60,677 bases of DNA, filler included, from Hausera hauseri (GCA_046269625.1; 13 parts of 13 records of this genome joined end to end with filler, not necessarily neighbours in it); one strand, 5' to 3'. Numbered from the whole stretch's first letter, positions 41,743-55,268 are shown. Program-made: numbers and translations. The notes: generated by a model not told the origin, from the letters alone.

Positions 41743-42758
41743 TTATATAAGTAATATTTTTTTCATACTTTTACATCGAACTCGACGCCAAAATCCTTTA
41801 GGTTTTTGGCAGTATTTTTTATTAACCCAATTTGGATAAAGAGACCAATTCATCATCGAATGATCGATAACTACTAATCTCGATAAATGTTTTCGTTCAA
41901 CTTCTCCAAGAGACTTGACGTATTTCTCAAAGATTTTCGTCAAAAAGACATTTCCAGTCAACGTATCGACAGAAGTAGTAACATTTTCAGATGGCAGTGA
42001 AGAAATTACTTCGTTAAAGAAGTGATGATGTGGTATACATGTCATGAAGTTGAGCATAGTTCGGTAAGGTACGTTGTACAAGATTCGATCACGCATATTG
42101 AAAGAGCTAAGTTTGCATAATTGACTGTGCATTACTTTAAAAAGGGCTACATACACATGTTGTTTATATCCATACAGATTCCACCGAATTCATAGAGCAA
42201 CATGTATTTGGCAATGTTGAATCGACTATCGCTACGTAAGTGGCTTTGATATTTTTCCATTTGTGCTTGAAAGTAAGTCATCACAAACTCATACAATGTC
42301 GACTCTGTCCACAAAAGAAACATCGTGTATTTATTAATCCGAATGCATTAACGAATCAAATCAATATAATGATAAGGCACTTCTTCAGTTTTTTATACAT
42401 AACGAATCAGTCGTGGAATACCATTAGGATAAAGACTATGCTGGCTTTGTTTCATAAGCAGAGCTATTGAAACCGCTGAACAATTAGATCTATATAATAT
42501 TGGGGAATAAGAATCCCTAATGACACAAATACGACTTGATTTCGGTGGATAATTCTTGTTCTGTTGAGGATTCATTATATGGTTTTTGAAGTTCGGTTTG
42601 ATCGGAGTGTCAATATGTATCGAGTGGTTCTGGCACAATTTAATTTGTAAGCCTACTGACTGATTTCGTAATTTGATGGGATAAATGAAATTAACAATAA
42701 ATGATCCAGTAGCAACTATCACAATAAGTAAGAAGATTGTTTTCAAAAACGCACGCAT
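41743..42758 (-). pseudogene. GT32 (Gly_transf_sug, SUR1/OCH1-like) type II membrane glycosyltransferase, intronless with in-frame stops
   Basis: N-terminal TM; IPRLIRYV*KTEEVP...LWTE...FV...RFNIAKYMLLYEFGGICMD...FM...HHFF...LTGNVFLT. Confidence 0.8.
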
Positions 42759-43270
42759 TATGATGCTGTAATGTTTTTAACCAAAGTTTAATATGACATT
42801 ATGGATTATTGATAGGCTTTATTTTCACTCTTATTTCAATACATACGAATCAACATTTTCCTGTCACAAACTGATGTTTTGCCCGTGAGCTGTCACAATT
42901 TAATCTCCATTTGCGTTATCTGTACCTGCAGAATTATGACAACAGAAAAATAGGGCAAATATTCGATGCGTATTTTTACTTCGGTAGAACATCAAAATCG
43001 ACTAATGCAATTTCTTGGTCTTTGATTTTGGTCATTGTTAAATGAATTATTTCGACCTTTTCACGAAAGCATACATCGCTGTAGTAACTGTAATCCAGTT
43101 TCATGTTGTATGTAAAACATCTTTCAATTTTGTTGCGATTTAAAGTGGAATTTCTTTCTTGGCATTCGATTACGACTTCTTGCATTAAGTTTTGTTAGGC
43201 ATTCGATGTCTTCAATTCCGAAAACATACTTGTAGTCTTATCTCGGCGACTCCCGAGTCCACGGCACCAC

Positions 43271-44874
43271 ACTACTCCCCGTTATTAAATGACACCGTCT
43301 GGGCGAAAGCAAGAAGTCAAAGCAGTGAGGTGTAAACGGACAATTGAAAGAAGCTAGTTTCTATGTGATTGGATCATAAAAGTGGAAAGAATAAGTTTTG
43401 TTAGCTATTGCATCTTTGTATGGACAAGGCGTTGAATTTTGTCTACATTTTGTTCTCTGCTGTATTTGCTGAAGGTAACCGTCTTGCTTTGTTTAACGTG
43501 TTGTTTAATTGGGTGTTGAGGTGGTTGAGATGAAGTTAGATTTTGATTTGACATGTCAGCAGTTTGAGAACTAGTTGGTATGTCATTTTGCGTAGTGTTT
43601 TGAGGTGATGCAGGTTTTGGAGGAACGGGTTGTCGTGTAGGTAGAACGGGAGAAGAATTGAAAGAATCGAGAAAGTTTTGTGTAGGCTCAGCTGAGGGTT
43701 CAGGCGTGTCGTTGACAAAAAATGCCGGTTTCACGTTAGATATATGAACGTTTTGTTCCTTATCATTTTTTAATATAGTAACTGTATGAGAGGTAACATT
43801 GAGGACTTTAAATGGTCCTACGTAGTTTGGTTGGAAACCCGCAGGTGAAGGATTTTTAAGCCAAACGAATTTTGCGTTGAATAAAGAATCGGGTAAATAT
43901 GTCTTATCGCCATGTACAATTTTGCAGAAAGAATCCTGGCTTAGCTGAGCGAAATGATTTTGTGCCGACCTAATGGTTTCGTCAGTTGGTGTGTTGTCCA
44001 AATCGGTGAGCTCAAAAAGTGCACGAATTATGGTACCAAAGAATGCTTCAATAGGTGCACAACCAGTGGTGGTAGACGGCGTGTTGCGCCACCCGAGTAA
44101 GATAAAAGATAGGATGGTTGTCCAATTCTTATTAGTTTCAGCCAGAATTTTTAATGAGATCTTGAGAGTGCGATGAAAACGTTTTAATAAGCCGTTCGAC
44201 TGGGGATGATATAAAGTTGTGTGTATGTGATTTATGCCCAGTCGATTAACTAGAGATTTGAATAGGTTCAATTCAAATTGGGAACCTTGGTCTGTGATTA
44301 TATGGCGAGGTGAACCAAACCGGCCGATCCAAATCCTTATGAATGCGTCGGCAATTGAGTTTGTGTTGATGGAGCGCAAAGGGACGACTTCAGGCCAACC
44401 AGACGCGCGGTCCATCATTGTTGGAATGAACTGGTGGACGGTATCGCAAGGTAACGGGCCAACGATATCTATATAAACTGACTCAAAACGGGATGTACAT
44501 GGGAAATGAAATAATGGCGGTTTAACTATTTAACAACTTTGAATTTTTGACAAGCTACGCATTGCCTTACCCAGTTTTGTACATCAGACTTCATTGATGG
44601 CCATGTTACGTGACGTTTGAGAACACAAAATTTAGCCTTGGAACCTGGGTGATGCAAAGAATGAGCATGTTGAAATGCAGTTTGTTTAAGAGTGGGTGCT
44701 AAAAGTGGCAAGTGTTGTCCAGGTGTCGAAGTATCCATGGCTATTCCATCGAAGATTTGCACGGATTTATATTGTTCCAGGATTTCGTTGACAGGTAGAT
44801 TTTGAATTAACTGATCCTTTGAAAATATTGGTGTGACGCTAATTGCTCCAACTGACCGTGATAGGAAGTCAGCT
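43271..44874 (-). mobile_element. Gypsy integrase (337-aa open C-terminal part), PPT and 3' LTR start at 43271
   Basis: HHCC finger, ITDQGSQFE, YHPQSNG..RFHRTLK, YVGPF; PPT GGGGAGTAG then TGTGGTGCCGTGGACTCG. Confidence 0.95.
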
Positions 44875-45736
44875 NNNNNNNNNNNNNNNNNNNNNNNNNN
44901 NNNNNNNNNNNNNNNNNNTTAATTAATTAANNNNNNNNNNNNNNNNNNNNNNNNNNNNNNNNNNNNNNNNNNNNTTGTGTAAAATTTAGATGGTATTTAC
45001 TTACATTGTTTTGAAAACGCAGACAATTCAGCAACATTCGTAGTAAATAAATGATGTGAGGGCTTTCTCTCATCGATGAAAGTCAATCTTGCGAATCAAT
45101 GAGAGCAAGTGTCGGGACGTAATCAGGTTAGCGCTGGCGTGCTTTATAGCGCTCTCTTCAGTCTGTAAAAACGAAGTAAATACAACAAAAAATAATTTTA
45201 TTCTGCGCATGTTCGAAACAGTCTGCATGAATGCTGCCTTTTGGAGATATTATTAGAGAACTGCGTAGTGTAATTTCCTGCCCATGCGCAATTTGGTCTG
45301 CGACAGCGTCAGTACAATTTAACGGTTGCGAAAAAAAAATACCAAATGGGAAATAAATGAGCAATTGCGTACCTAGGCAGTGCCTAATTATCTTACCTGG
45401 GCGGGACATCACTGAGTTATTCCACAATCAAATTTGTGTGGTTGTAAAGCATTACATACTGGACAATAAATAGTGATTTGCCAGTCTTACCTATACCATT
45501 AATGGCTTATCTTGCCTTTTTTAAAAGTTACAATGATAGCTGTGGTTGTGTTCCTTCTCGTGCTCAAGTTTGAAATACTCATATTATAATGATATAACAC
45601 CCATTGCGCTTAAAATGTCGAATTCAACTTTATTGTAACCTGTTAGTTAATATATGTTCCAAATCAGTCTAGCATGTGACAATTTTTAAAATCTTACTTA
45701 ATATAGCAAATCTCGAAAATAATATATATTGATAAT

Positions 45737-48700
45737 CTAATTGTGTCGCTTCGAACTTCTCGAAGACCGTCGAGCCGGTAAACTTTTAGGACACAACAGG
45801 AACTTCTTTGAAATCTTTCGATTTTCGGCTTCAGATGTGGCTGTTAAGAAATAGGCAAGGAAATCTAATCGATAACAAAGATATGCAGATAAATCTGGTA
45901 GATGAGGTGAGTTGGACACATTGATAAGAATATGGGTAATGTCTTCAGGTTTGGGAAGTGGATTAAACGGATAAACAATACCACCACCACATTCGATTAT
46001 GTTTGCAAACTTTTGCAGTTTTGGTTCATTTTCAACAATACACACTTTCCATTCCTTATAAGCTTTTTCTCCACATTCCCGTAATCGTTTACCAGCAATG
46101 GCTAATTTTGATTCGAGACTATCAGATGAAATACCGGATAATTTCAAATATTCTACCATTCGACAGCCGCCAATTTCATAATCAATTTCATCAACCCATT
46201 TTCCTGCAGCAATACACGAGTCAAGATAAGACTCGTGCATGATCCATTTACCAGAACTAACTGCAGCCATAAATTTTTCATTACGACTTGGAGCTGAGAC
46301 AATCAAATGAGTTACAGTCTTACAATCGTCTCCCAATTCAACTTGTCCACCTAATTTTCGGATTTCACAAGAATAGAATTGAATTTTACTCTTGTCCTTT
46401 ATGTTGAACATTACTACTCGATTAACAGTTTCTGTATCACCCATAGTCTCATCAATATAAGAAAATTCGGTGTCATCCATAATATTCTGTGGAACGTCTT
46501 CAATTTCTTCGGTTTGTACGACATTCTCGTTGACTTTACGTTTTCTATCAACGAATTGTTCCACATCAACATCCGATTTACGTTTTCTGTTTTCAGTTCC
46601 ATTTACAGAACCCGTGAAAAGGTACTTCGTTTCATCGACACGATAAAATTCATTTTGGCATTCTAATAGCCATCGATAACTGACCAGAATCTTTTTATCA
46701 TTTACAGCTCTTTCGAATTCTTCTTTGTGACGATCGGTTATCGACTCTTCGTCGATTACAACGTGAGTTATGGTCTACATAATGTCGCAATAAAAAGTTA
46801 TATGTGTGTATGTAATGGGCTAAAGTCAGAAACCTAAAATCATACATTCGTATCGGACGTCAATTACAAATGAGAAGAGAGGAATCAAAATTTTTAATTA
46901 GTTTAAATAGTATCGTGTAATTTGCCGTCGAGTAAAGTCGATAAAATTACAGACGATGTCGAATTGTGTTTTTTGGGGATTAATGAGTTATTGCATAACA
47001 ATTGCAAATTTTGTGATGCGTGTGTGAATTGGACACGACACTTATGAAAATATTTAACAAAATTTAATTTCCCTTTCGTCGAATGTTTCATAAATTAACA
47101 AATGACGATTTTCAAGGTTTCATTGGATTAAATGATCAATTTACCTGAGGATTATAAACCCACGAACTTTGTCCACCGAATCTCTGAATTATCTCGTCCA
47201 AATTCAAATGTCCAACGGAACTCGACAAAAATACAAACACACCGTCTAAAATCGGTTTTTGATTGGCTGGTGATTCGGATAAACTTTCATCTGAAAACAA
47301 TTTGTGGGTCATCAATGTTTCAAACCCGCAATAAAGAAAATATGGATTTTGGCATTTGTTCAACTTACCCACTCTAAAACCTTATAAATTGAACATTATC
47401 TTCAAAAAACTCCAAATCGTGTGGGGAATATTGAACAAGTGCCCAAATCGTTCAACAAGCGTACATCCCATAGGATGTCGAGAAAACCTTATAAATCGAA
47501 TATTAAATCGAACGTTACCACGAAAAAATTCTAAAGCACGTGGGGAATATTTAACAAGTGTCCAAATCGTTCAACAAGCGTACATCCCATAGGACATCGA
47601 TAAAACCTTATAAATCGAATATTAAATCGAACGTTACCACGAAAAAATTCTAAAGTATGTGGGGAATATTGAACAAGTGCCCAAATCGTTCAACAAGCGA
47701 AAATTTGACAATAAGAATTTTAATGTAAAATTCGAATGAGAAGCACAAATTGAACATAACGACTTACCCAACCAGACAGGTCGAAGTGAACATTGTTCCT
47801 GCATTCGTTGAGCACAGTTTTTCAATGCAAATTCCATTTCCGGTGTGGAAATTGTCATTTTCGGTATGATTCGACAACGAAACTGTTCTGGAGTTTTGTT
47901 AGCGTCCAAAAATTCATCAAGATTCCATTGAGACTGTCGACTAGGCGTCGACATTCGAATTGGTGACTCAAGAAGTCCAGTGGATTCGTCCAGATTTTCT
48001 CGGCGAGCAACATTCACTGGTAGCGATTTGGGTTCAAGAGACAGTTTATGGGCACGACCAGCGACGGTGGCAACTGGCGGACGAAATGCAGCAACAGTTT
48101 CATTGAGATGAATGTCAGAGAATACAGAACAAATTGACATGTTTGGATCGCATTGCAAAGCAAATTCAGCCGTGTCGACGAGTCGACAAGACTCCAAACA
48201 ACATTCGATCCAGTGTTTGGTGATTGCCGGCACTTTCCACGATCGTGCTGACGGGAATTTCTTGTTGTCCGGTTTGGAGATGATCAGATGAGTCGTTGCA
48301 CGAATATTTCGAGTTGGGATGGATTTTTTCGACATTTGATCCTGCGGTGTGGCACCGAATTGCCGACAGATCATTTTCCATAGATTACGTTCGGTGGCTG
48401 AGTAACCGCTGAATGAGAGGACGCAACTGCGGAATAGGTCCGATGGAATGTTCTTTTGCACGATTGGCTTGAATAGTCGGTCACTGTCTATTGGCAAAAA
48501 TTGGTTTTCTTCGATAGATTTATCTATAAAATATTCCGTAATGACGAAATTCCCTGTCGATAAATCAGGTAATCCATCAACGATAGGTGGACAAATGATA
48601 TAATATCCTGTTTCAGGTGTGAGGAGAATTTGACCACTATTCTCGGCGATTTGCTTTGTCAATTCGACTCGACGATTATCGTCAATATCTGATGAAAATA

Positions 48701-50040
48701 CGAATTTCCGTCTGGCGAATAATCCGTCGTCAAATACCACTGATTCGTCGGGGATTAGACTGTCAACTATAGTTGTTTTATCTCCATCAACAAATGTTAT
48801 TTTGCCTTCCTCAACAACCGTCGGTAATTCCATATCGAAATCATTCAATCCATCGAAAGATCCAAACGATTTATTCTTCACTGGAATGATAAATCCATCT
48901 TCCGATAGCAATACCTTGGATTTTAGACTTTCTTCAATCCAACTAAAACGAATGGTTTTTACATGTTCTGGACAATTCCCAACATTTAATTCGTCCTTAA
49001 CCAAACGGTGTGTTGCACTTTCAACAGAATCGGCAACACTTCCGCCATTAAATCGAATATTATTCGTCCATTCTCGCAAAAATCCTTCATCAAACCCGTC
49101 AAAGAATACAACAATGTCTCGAAAAATCCCGATGGTACTCAACCGTGTCTCGTTGATTCGAGAAACATTTGCGTCGAAAATTTCACTGCCAAACGAATCG
49201 AGATTAACACGGTCATTTTCGTCTTTTAACGATGATGTTAAATTATCGTAGACGAATTTGTATTTTTCCTCATCCAAACAAACACCCGTTGATAACGAAT
49301 CGTCCAACCACGACAAGTTGACAATTGGAATTTTCCATCGACGTGCATAGAGGATTTTTTCACTGCTGTTATCTTTGGCTATAAGGTGTGTACAGCGACC
49401 GCAAACTAGATCGGGCATACATGTGCCACCATTGGATTCGATGCGCGATTTTAATTCCATTCTCTCGTTATAACTCATGCCGGTCAGGCAGATGGACAAC
49501 GACGACAGAGTTCTTACACGATATTGTTCGATAATATTGGCATCCATACCGTAAATCGGATGAGTTAAACAAGACGTCTGCCATAAATGTGTTACCCAAT
49601 CCGGATGGACAATTGGCACATTTCTCTCAATACAAACTTGACATTTACTACCTCGCATTGTTCGCGTCAACAGAATGTTAACAGATTCTGTTAGAGGTCC
49701 AGAAAGTACCATCCATCAATTCGATATAGTTTTCTAATTTCTCCCGTTCGCATATGTCTAACGATGAAACTGATATGAGGTAATCATTCAATGATGAACT
49801 GTATAACGAAACTTTCGATAAAGGACAGTCAATACTAAGATAATACAAAATGGCTTGTGGACTAAACAATAAATAATCGAATTGTAACAAATGTTCATAA
49901 ACTTCGCCCTCAAAGGTACTGAGAATAAATGCATAATTCGGTTGTTTTGAATGAAATCGACTGAGTACTTCATTTTCGTTTATTAATGCATCTGTGTCTG
50001 TGGCAGATCGAAATCTTTGCTTTAATTCATTGGCCTTAAA
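45737..50040 (-). CDS. TOPBP1: TOPBP1/Dpb11 multi-BRCT scaffold, 5'-partial; exons about 50040-47768, 47290-47145, 46774-45737
   Basis: Ordered BRCT0/1/2/3/4/5/6/7/8 (CTHLIAK..SEKILYARRWKIPIV..W; THLII...KF..ARSW.VPAIT..W; THLIV..PSRNEKFMAAVSSGKWIMHESY); GT-AG introns 47767-47291 and 47144-46775 join in frame and rebuild BRCT6; one frameshift near 49703. Confidence 0.92.
47421..47700. repeat. 119-bp tandem repeat (about 2.3 copies) inside a TOPBP1 intron
   Basis: GTGGGGAATATT.AACAAGTG recurs at 47421, 47540 and 47659. Confidence 0.9.
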
Positions 50041-50269
50041 TAATACTCTTTCAAGTTAATTACATTTTTCTTCGCTTCTGTATTTAGCCTCTGTTAAAGA
50101 AATCAGTTGATCCTGAAGTCATAGAAACTCAGCCGATTAAATACTTGATCAATCATTTGTCACATAGGANNNNNNNNNNNNNNNNNNNNNNNNNNNNNNN
50201 NNNNNNNNNNNNNTTAATTAATTAANNNNNNNNNNNNNNNNNNNNNNNNNNNNNNNNNNNNNNNNNNNN

Positions 50270-50467
50270 CACTGGATAGCAGTATATGTCTCACCAGATA
50301 TTATTCAAGTGTTTGATCCACTTGGGATGTATTACCCATCATCGCTTGTGACGAAATTGGAACGTATGCGACAACCCGTCATATACAATGATATTATGCA
50401 TCAGAATACATTGACATTTCTATGTGGGAATTATTGTGTGGACTGGCTTAGACGCCAACGTACATAA
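50270..50467 (+). CDS. C-terminal part of a Polinton adenain-like cysteine protease (missed by the ORF track)
   Basis: HWIAVYVSPDIIQVFDPLG...YNDIMHQNTLTFLCGNYCVDWL* carries the H...D...Q..CG.YC signature. Confidence 0.85.
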   Translation, partial: HWIAVYVSPDIIQVFDPLGMYYPSSLVTKLERMRQPVIYNDIMHQNTLTFLCGNYCVDWLRRQRT

Positions 50468-50513
50468 AATTGTTATAAACGTTGTTGTGTTAATAAATGT
50501 TTTTGTTGAAATA

Positions 50514-51042
50514 ATGTCTGTCTTATTTATTGACTTTGAGGGATTTGTGGATAATAACAATGAATTCATCATAAACGAGCTATGTATAATGCCAATGGAT
50601 AATATGTTTCAGCAACTACACTATGTATTTGCGTAAGTGAATTTTAGTATAGTACATATGATTTATGTTATTTTTAGGTCTACACTACATTGTTGCACAA
50701 ACAAGGCGCAAGCAAGAAATGCTTATTTGACAAACCATCATCACAAACTGACTTGGGAGGAATATAATACCCAGTTTTGCAGAGATTGGCTTATGCGAGA
50801 TATTGGGAATATATACCGTAAATAAATCCATGTTCTATGTCAAGGACCATGCTGATGGTCGAAAGAAGAAGATACTTAATAGCATATTTCCAGATTTGCG
50901 AATATATGCATATGAATGTACCAAATTGGTAACTGTACCAAAGAACGTTACATGTATTTATCGTGAACATGCTTCACACTGCGCTTATAAAGTGTTTAGC
51001 GTTATGTCAAAGTTATATTGTTACGAAATAAATGTGTTATGA
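50514..51042 (+). pseudogene. Polinton accessory gene, DEDD-like exonuclease fold, with a 45-nt GT-AG intron (50633-50677); frameshifted
   Basis: IDFEGF...FIINEL...HYVF|...YLT.HHHKLTW...YVK...KK..L...C..REH.SHCA; GTAAGT...TTTTTAG intron removes an in-frame TAA. Confidence 0.65.
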
Positions 51043-51219
51043 AAACTAGTTGGTTTTTTATAAGGTATAAAGTATATAATGAAAAAACATGTATTGAATA
51101 ACAATCACATAATAATCGTCTCATCACTGTCACTGTCACTGTAAGGTTCTGTGTCTGGTAAAAATTCATGTATGGGTTTTATCAGGAGCCCTACCCATTT
51201 TTCATACAGGCACTGGTCT

Positions 51220-51387
51220 TCAGTTTGTGGTAACAAACTCACACTTTGTTCTGCATAGCCAGCAAGACAATTTATTTCATAACCATTTCTGCAGACAGCC
51301 TATACAGAAGGTACGTGAATTACATGTTGCAATTCTCATAGTTTTGTCAAGCATCTGCTCCCACCAAATCGGACAAGTTTTCGACAT
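51220..51387 (-). pseudogene. Small RING-finger (C3HC4-type) gene, disrupted
   Basis: MSKTCPIWWEQ...TCNSRTFCIGCLQKWL*NKLSCWLCRTKC; acidic tail DSDSDE in an adjacent frame. Confidence 0.7.
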
Positions 51388-51623
51388 TTTGAAATAATGA
51401 AAGATTAATGCAAGTAAATGTCGTACTGTATTGATTTTTTATTCAAATTTCAAATTTATTGATTATATTGATCTTACTTTGTCTTAATCTATATAGTAGT
51501 TACTTAGTTTTACTTGGCCTTACCCCACCTTTCACATTACTTGATCAATAAGACAACAACACGATATTTCTATACAAGATTTATTACATCAAAAAATAAC
51601 AATAAACAACAATATGTACATAT

Positions 51624-54600
51624 TTACAGTGCCACATGTCCATGAGGTAGTGTGTGGACTCCATCGCTCAGGATCTGCCGCTTGTCGTCAATCCAATCTA
51701 GGCTCTTCTTGTGCAGTTCTACTGTTTGTATGTTATGATCCCTAGATTGGATCATTTACATTTTTGATATTATGTGAGTCTGCTCCTGCAGAACTCTCAC
51801 ATAGTCCGCAAAACTGATCTTGTTGGCAAATGTAGTTCTTTAAATACCCTTTGCTCTATTTTTGATTTGGCCACATACGTCTAGAGCATACATTTAGATC
51901 GTAGTGTCACGAAACGGGTGATGATCTTTCCATCTACCTCGTCTTTAAATTTACCGAGGACTTTCTTGCTGGTGGTTGAATAATTTGGATGATCCTTCGG
52001 GTAATCCGAGGTATCCATGTGCTGAGCCAATTGGGCAAAATCTTCATACATGTCCTCAGTATGGATATGATAGATAAAACTATCAGTAGCGATATACATC
52101 AGCTGTATGGACTTGAATGTTGGTACCATTGTATCGTAATGGAAGTGGTACATTAGGGTTTTTAATAGGTCCAATATTGCCATACCCACATATATGGGTT
52201 TGTTGAATACTAATGCCGTTTTCAGCATATGCATGCCTACCAAACTCTCAGCATATATAATGCTGCTATGGAAGTTAGGGTTGCCAATAAGCTTCTTTGC
52301 TCGCTTCCAGTCACATACTAGCTCGATGTGTATCCTGCTGCGGATATTCTTTATCGTCTTGCCAAAAACGCTATTATTATACATCTTAAATTGATCTTTC
52401 TCGAATTCGTTCTTGGCATTTGTCCGCAGCTTGGTATTCAGATCAATGTAGGACTGCAGCCACATGGACAGGCTGAAATGTAGGACTCTATGGACTTTAG
52501 TAATGCGGAGCCTATGTTTAACTGCTTGTTGGAGATTGATGTAGTAGACTACATACCTCTCCCTATTACCTAAATGACAGAGCAGCTTTTGCTGCTTTCC
52601 ATGGGACGGTGGCCTGCTTTCATGGAGGAAAGGCAGCTGTTGATGCCTTGTGTGGATGGAAGTCGGATATTCCATATCCACCTCCTGTATGTAGCCCGTA
52701 TCTCCAGTGGGATCCAGGTCCAGGATAGGGATGTCTTTAGGATGCTCAACCCACTTGAAGTTATCATATGGCAATGAGGCGCTCATTGCCCATTTATACA
52801 AGTTGTTGGCATCCAGGTAGGAAATGTATGATGACTCCTTTGATGAGTCGTATTCAGCCATATACTTGTTATTGGCCTCACTATACCGGTGAATGGCTTG
52901 GCATATTCCTCCTCTAATGCCTCTTTTGATCATAAGGATTATGTCGTAATCGTTAATGATTTGCAGCCTGATACCGGTATAGCGCAGCATTGCTGCCCAG
53001 CTCATTCCTGCAGCGGTGAAGAAATGAGCCGGATCCAAAGTATGGCTCTTCATTGTGACATTCCTGAAACTTTCAAAGGCATCTGTCAGCAGCAGCACAT
53101 CGGTTTGGAGATATATATCACTATATTCCCCTAATGTTCTGCACTGGAATGCCTGTAAGACGTTCTGAGAATGCTGGTAGTCCTCATTATTGATATCACA
53201 ATTCGACAGCTGGCAGTAAAAGTCGTTCTTGGTCGGCAATGGAGACTCATCCAGTGTTTCCCATGATGTTATATAGTCATAGGGAAACACTCCTTTCCTT
53301 TTAATTAGATCAAAGGTATCCGGAAAGAATCGCTTCGTTTCCTTGAGTTCTTCGGCAAGCAGGTTCTTCACTAAACTGTCAAGTGAAGACGACATGAATC
53401 GGAAACTATCGATGAAGCGAAGTCAAATTTTACCAATATGCTTAGTGAAAGTGATATATTTTTCCTCACTGTTTGGGATCACATCTATATTGCCAGAAAT
53501 GTTGCCAAATTCTCGGACTATGAAGTAGCTGTCATAGCCGCTGAAATTACTGAATATTACAGGCACATATTTTCATGTTTTTCAGCGAGGATTGCAGTTG
53601 TTACATGCTGCGCCCCGATATGCACCCGTAAAATGGCATTGATCCTTTACTTTTCCATTTTCCTTGGCGAAGGTCTTGTCGCACAAGTAGCATGATGTTG
53701 CCTTACGCCATTCTTCAGCTTGTTTCCACGACATGCTCATATTATCTTTTTGTTGTTTCAGCATGTTTTCAAGCTTATGAGCCATGTCTTCAAGTCTCTT
53801 CATGAAATGTGCTGCTGCACCTAAACCCCTGAATAGATATGGTCCACTGTCCAATCCTTTGGCATACATACAATACGATGATAATTTATAATATTAGTAT
53901 GCCGCTGTACTGCTATATTGAGGATTGGGACTGCATGTGTGAACTGGCCTGAGAATGGCCTAAAAGTTGCAATAGACGGCAATTGTGACTTTGATCTTCT
54001 TTTTGAATTTCTTAAATTCGATATAGTCCTCTTCGGGAAATTCTGGCCTTACACAATAATTGTTGTGACGGCACATTCTGTGCTCTTTAAGCTTGTCCTG
54101 GGCTTCTTCACCGCTGAAATTTGACAAGCATCGTTTGCATATATCGATTCCGTGTTTATGCTTTGTTATTTGGATCTGACTAGACGCTCAAAGTTCTTTA
54201 TCCAAACATAATGTTTCTTATCGCCATCGTTTAGTAGGAGCAGATCCCTATTATCTTCCAATTCAGCATCACATATTTGTAAGGGGTAGAATTTGTCCTT
54301 CTCATCCAATCAAAAAATATTGATGGACATGTTGTTGATGCGAGGGAATGTGATACACTGAAAGTCGTCGTTGTGTTGGAGATCATTACATAGCCAAATT
54401 CGATCTGCCGCATGTTTTTGATCCCGTAAGAGTTTACATAAAATGGCATACATGAAGCACTCGTTGTCATTATTATGGACATTGATGCAAGCATTTTTCT
54501 GCTGAATCTATTCCGGAAGCTGTATATATGAACTGCCTCGCGTGGGGTAGTATCTGTGTACATATATAAGCAGTCTCTTGATGGTTGCTAGAGCCCATCC

Positions 54601-55210
54601 ACTCTTCTTACCTGGCTCTCATCGGCTTCACGGATCAGCTTCGTATGCTCTTTATGCAGCCAATCAGCTATATTTGTGTTTTCCAATATGGGCCTATTTT
54701 TGGTCTTAAAGACCCTATTTGATTCTTCAGCATCGACATTGACGTATGTGGCCTCAAATTTCATATTAATCTTAAGGGCCTTAAGCTTAGTCATATTGTC
54801 CGGGAAGATTCCCTCTGTTTCTTCCTTTGTATATTCCAGGAACTCCTTGATGGTTGTTCGCTCAGATGCATCAATGACATATTTGCGGACTTTATTATTT
54901 AATGCAGAGCCATCAACTAGGCGCTGTCTCTGGCTTTTTGGTGGTTGAGCCGCAACACCTGTTGAGTCTGAGGCATCTGATTGAGCTGATGGGCGTTTTA
55001 CTCTTGCAAACTGCATTGTGGACTGCACTGAGAACTGCACTGCGGACTTTACTGTGGACTTTACTGCGGACTGGACAACTGGCCAATGCTCATTAAATAT
55101 GATCTTCTTAGACTTTGATGCAAAGTCCGTCAGATGATACTTATGGTCTTCATAGAACTGCATGTAATCCCCATCATATACAGTCTCACATCCGGGCAAA
55201 TAAAATAAAG
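51624..55210 (-). pseudogene. Polinton/Maverick PolB polyprotein (copy C), near full length, disrupted
   Basis: CYLCDK...CHFTGAYRGAACNNCN, YLQTDVLLL, YLDANNLY.WAMS, KMYNNSVFGKT, YIATDS; 3' flank conserved with copy A (4200-4320 vs 51480-51600). Confidence 0.95.
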
Positions 55211-55268
55211 ATTTCTATTGAATTTGTGGCTATAATAAATCCTCATGGTATTGTGGCAATTCTCGAGG

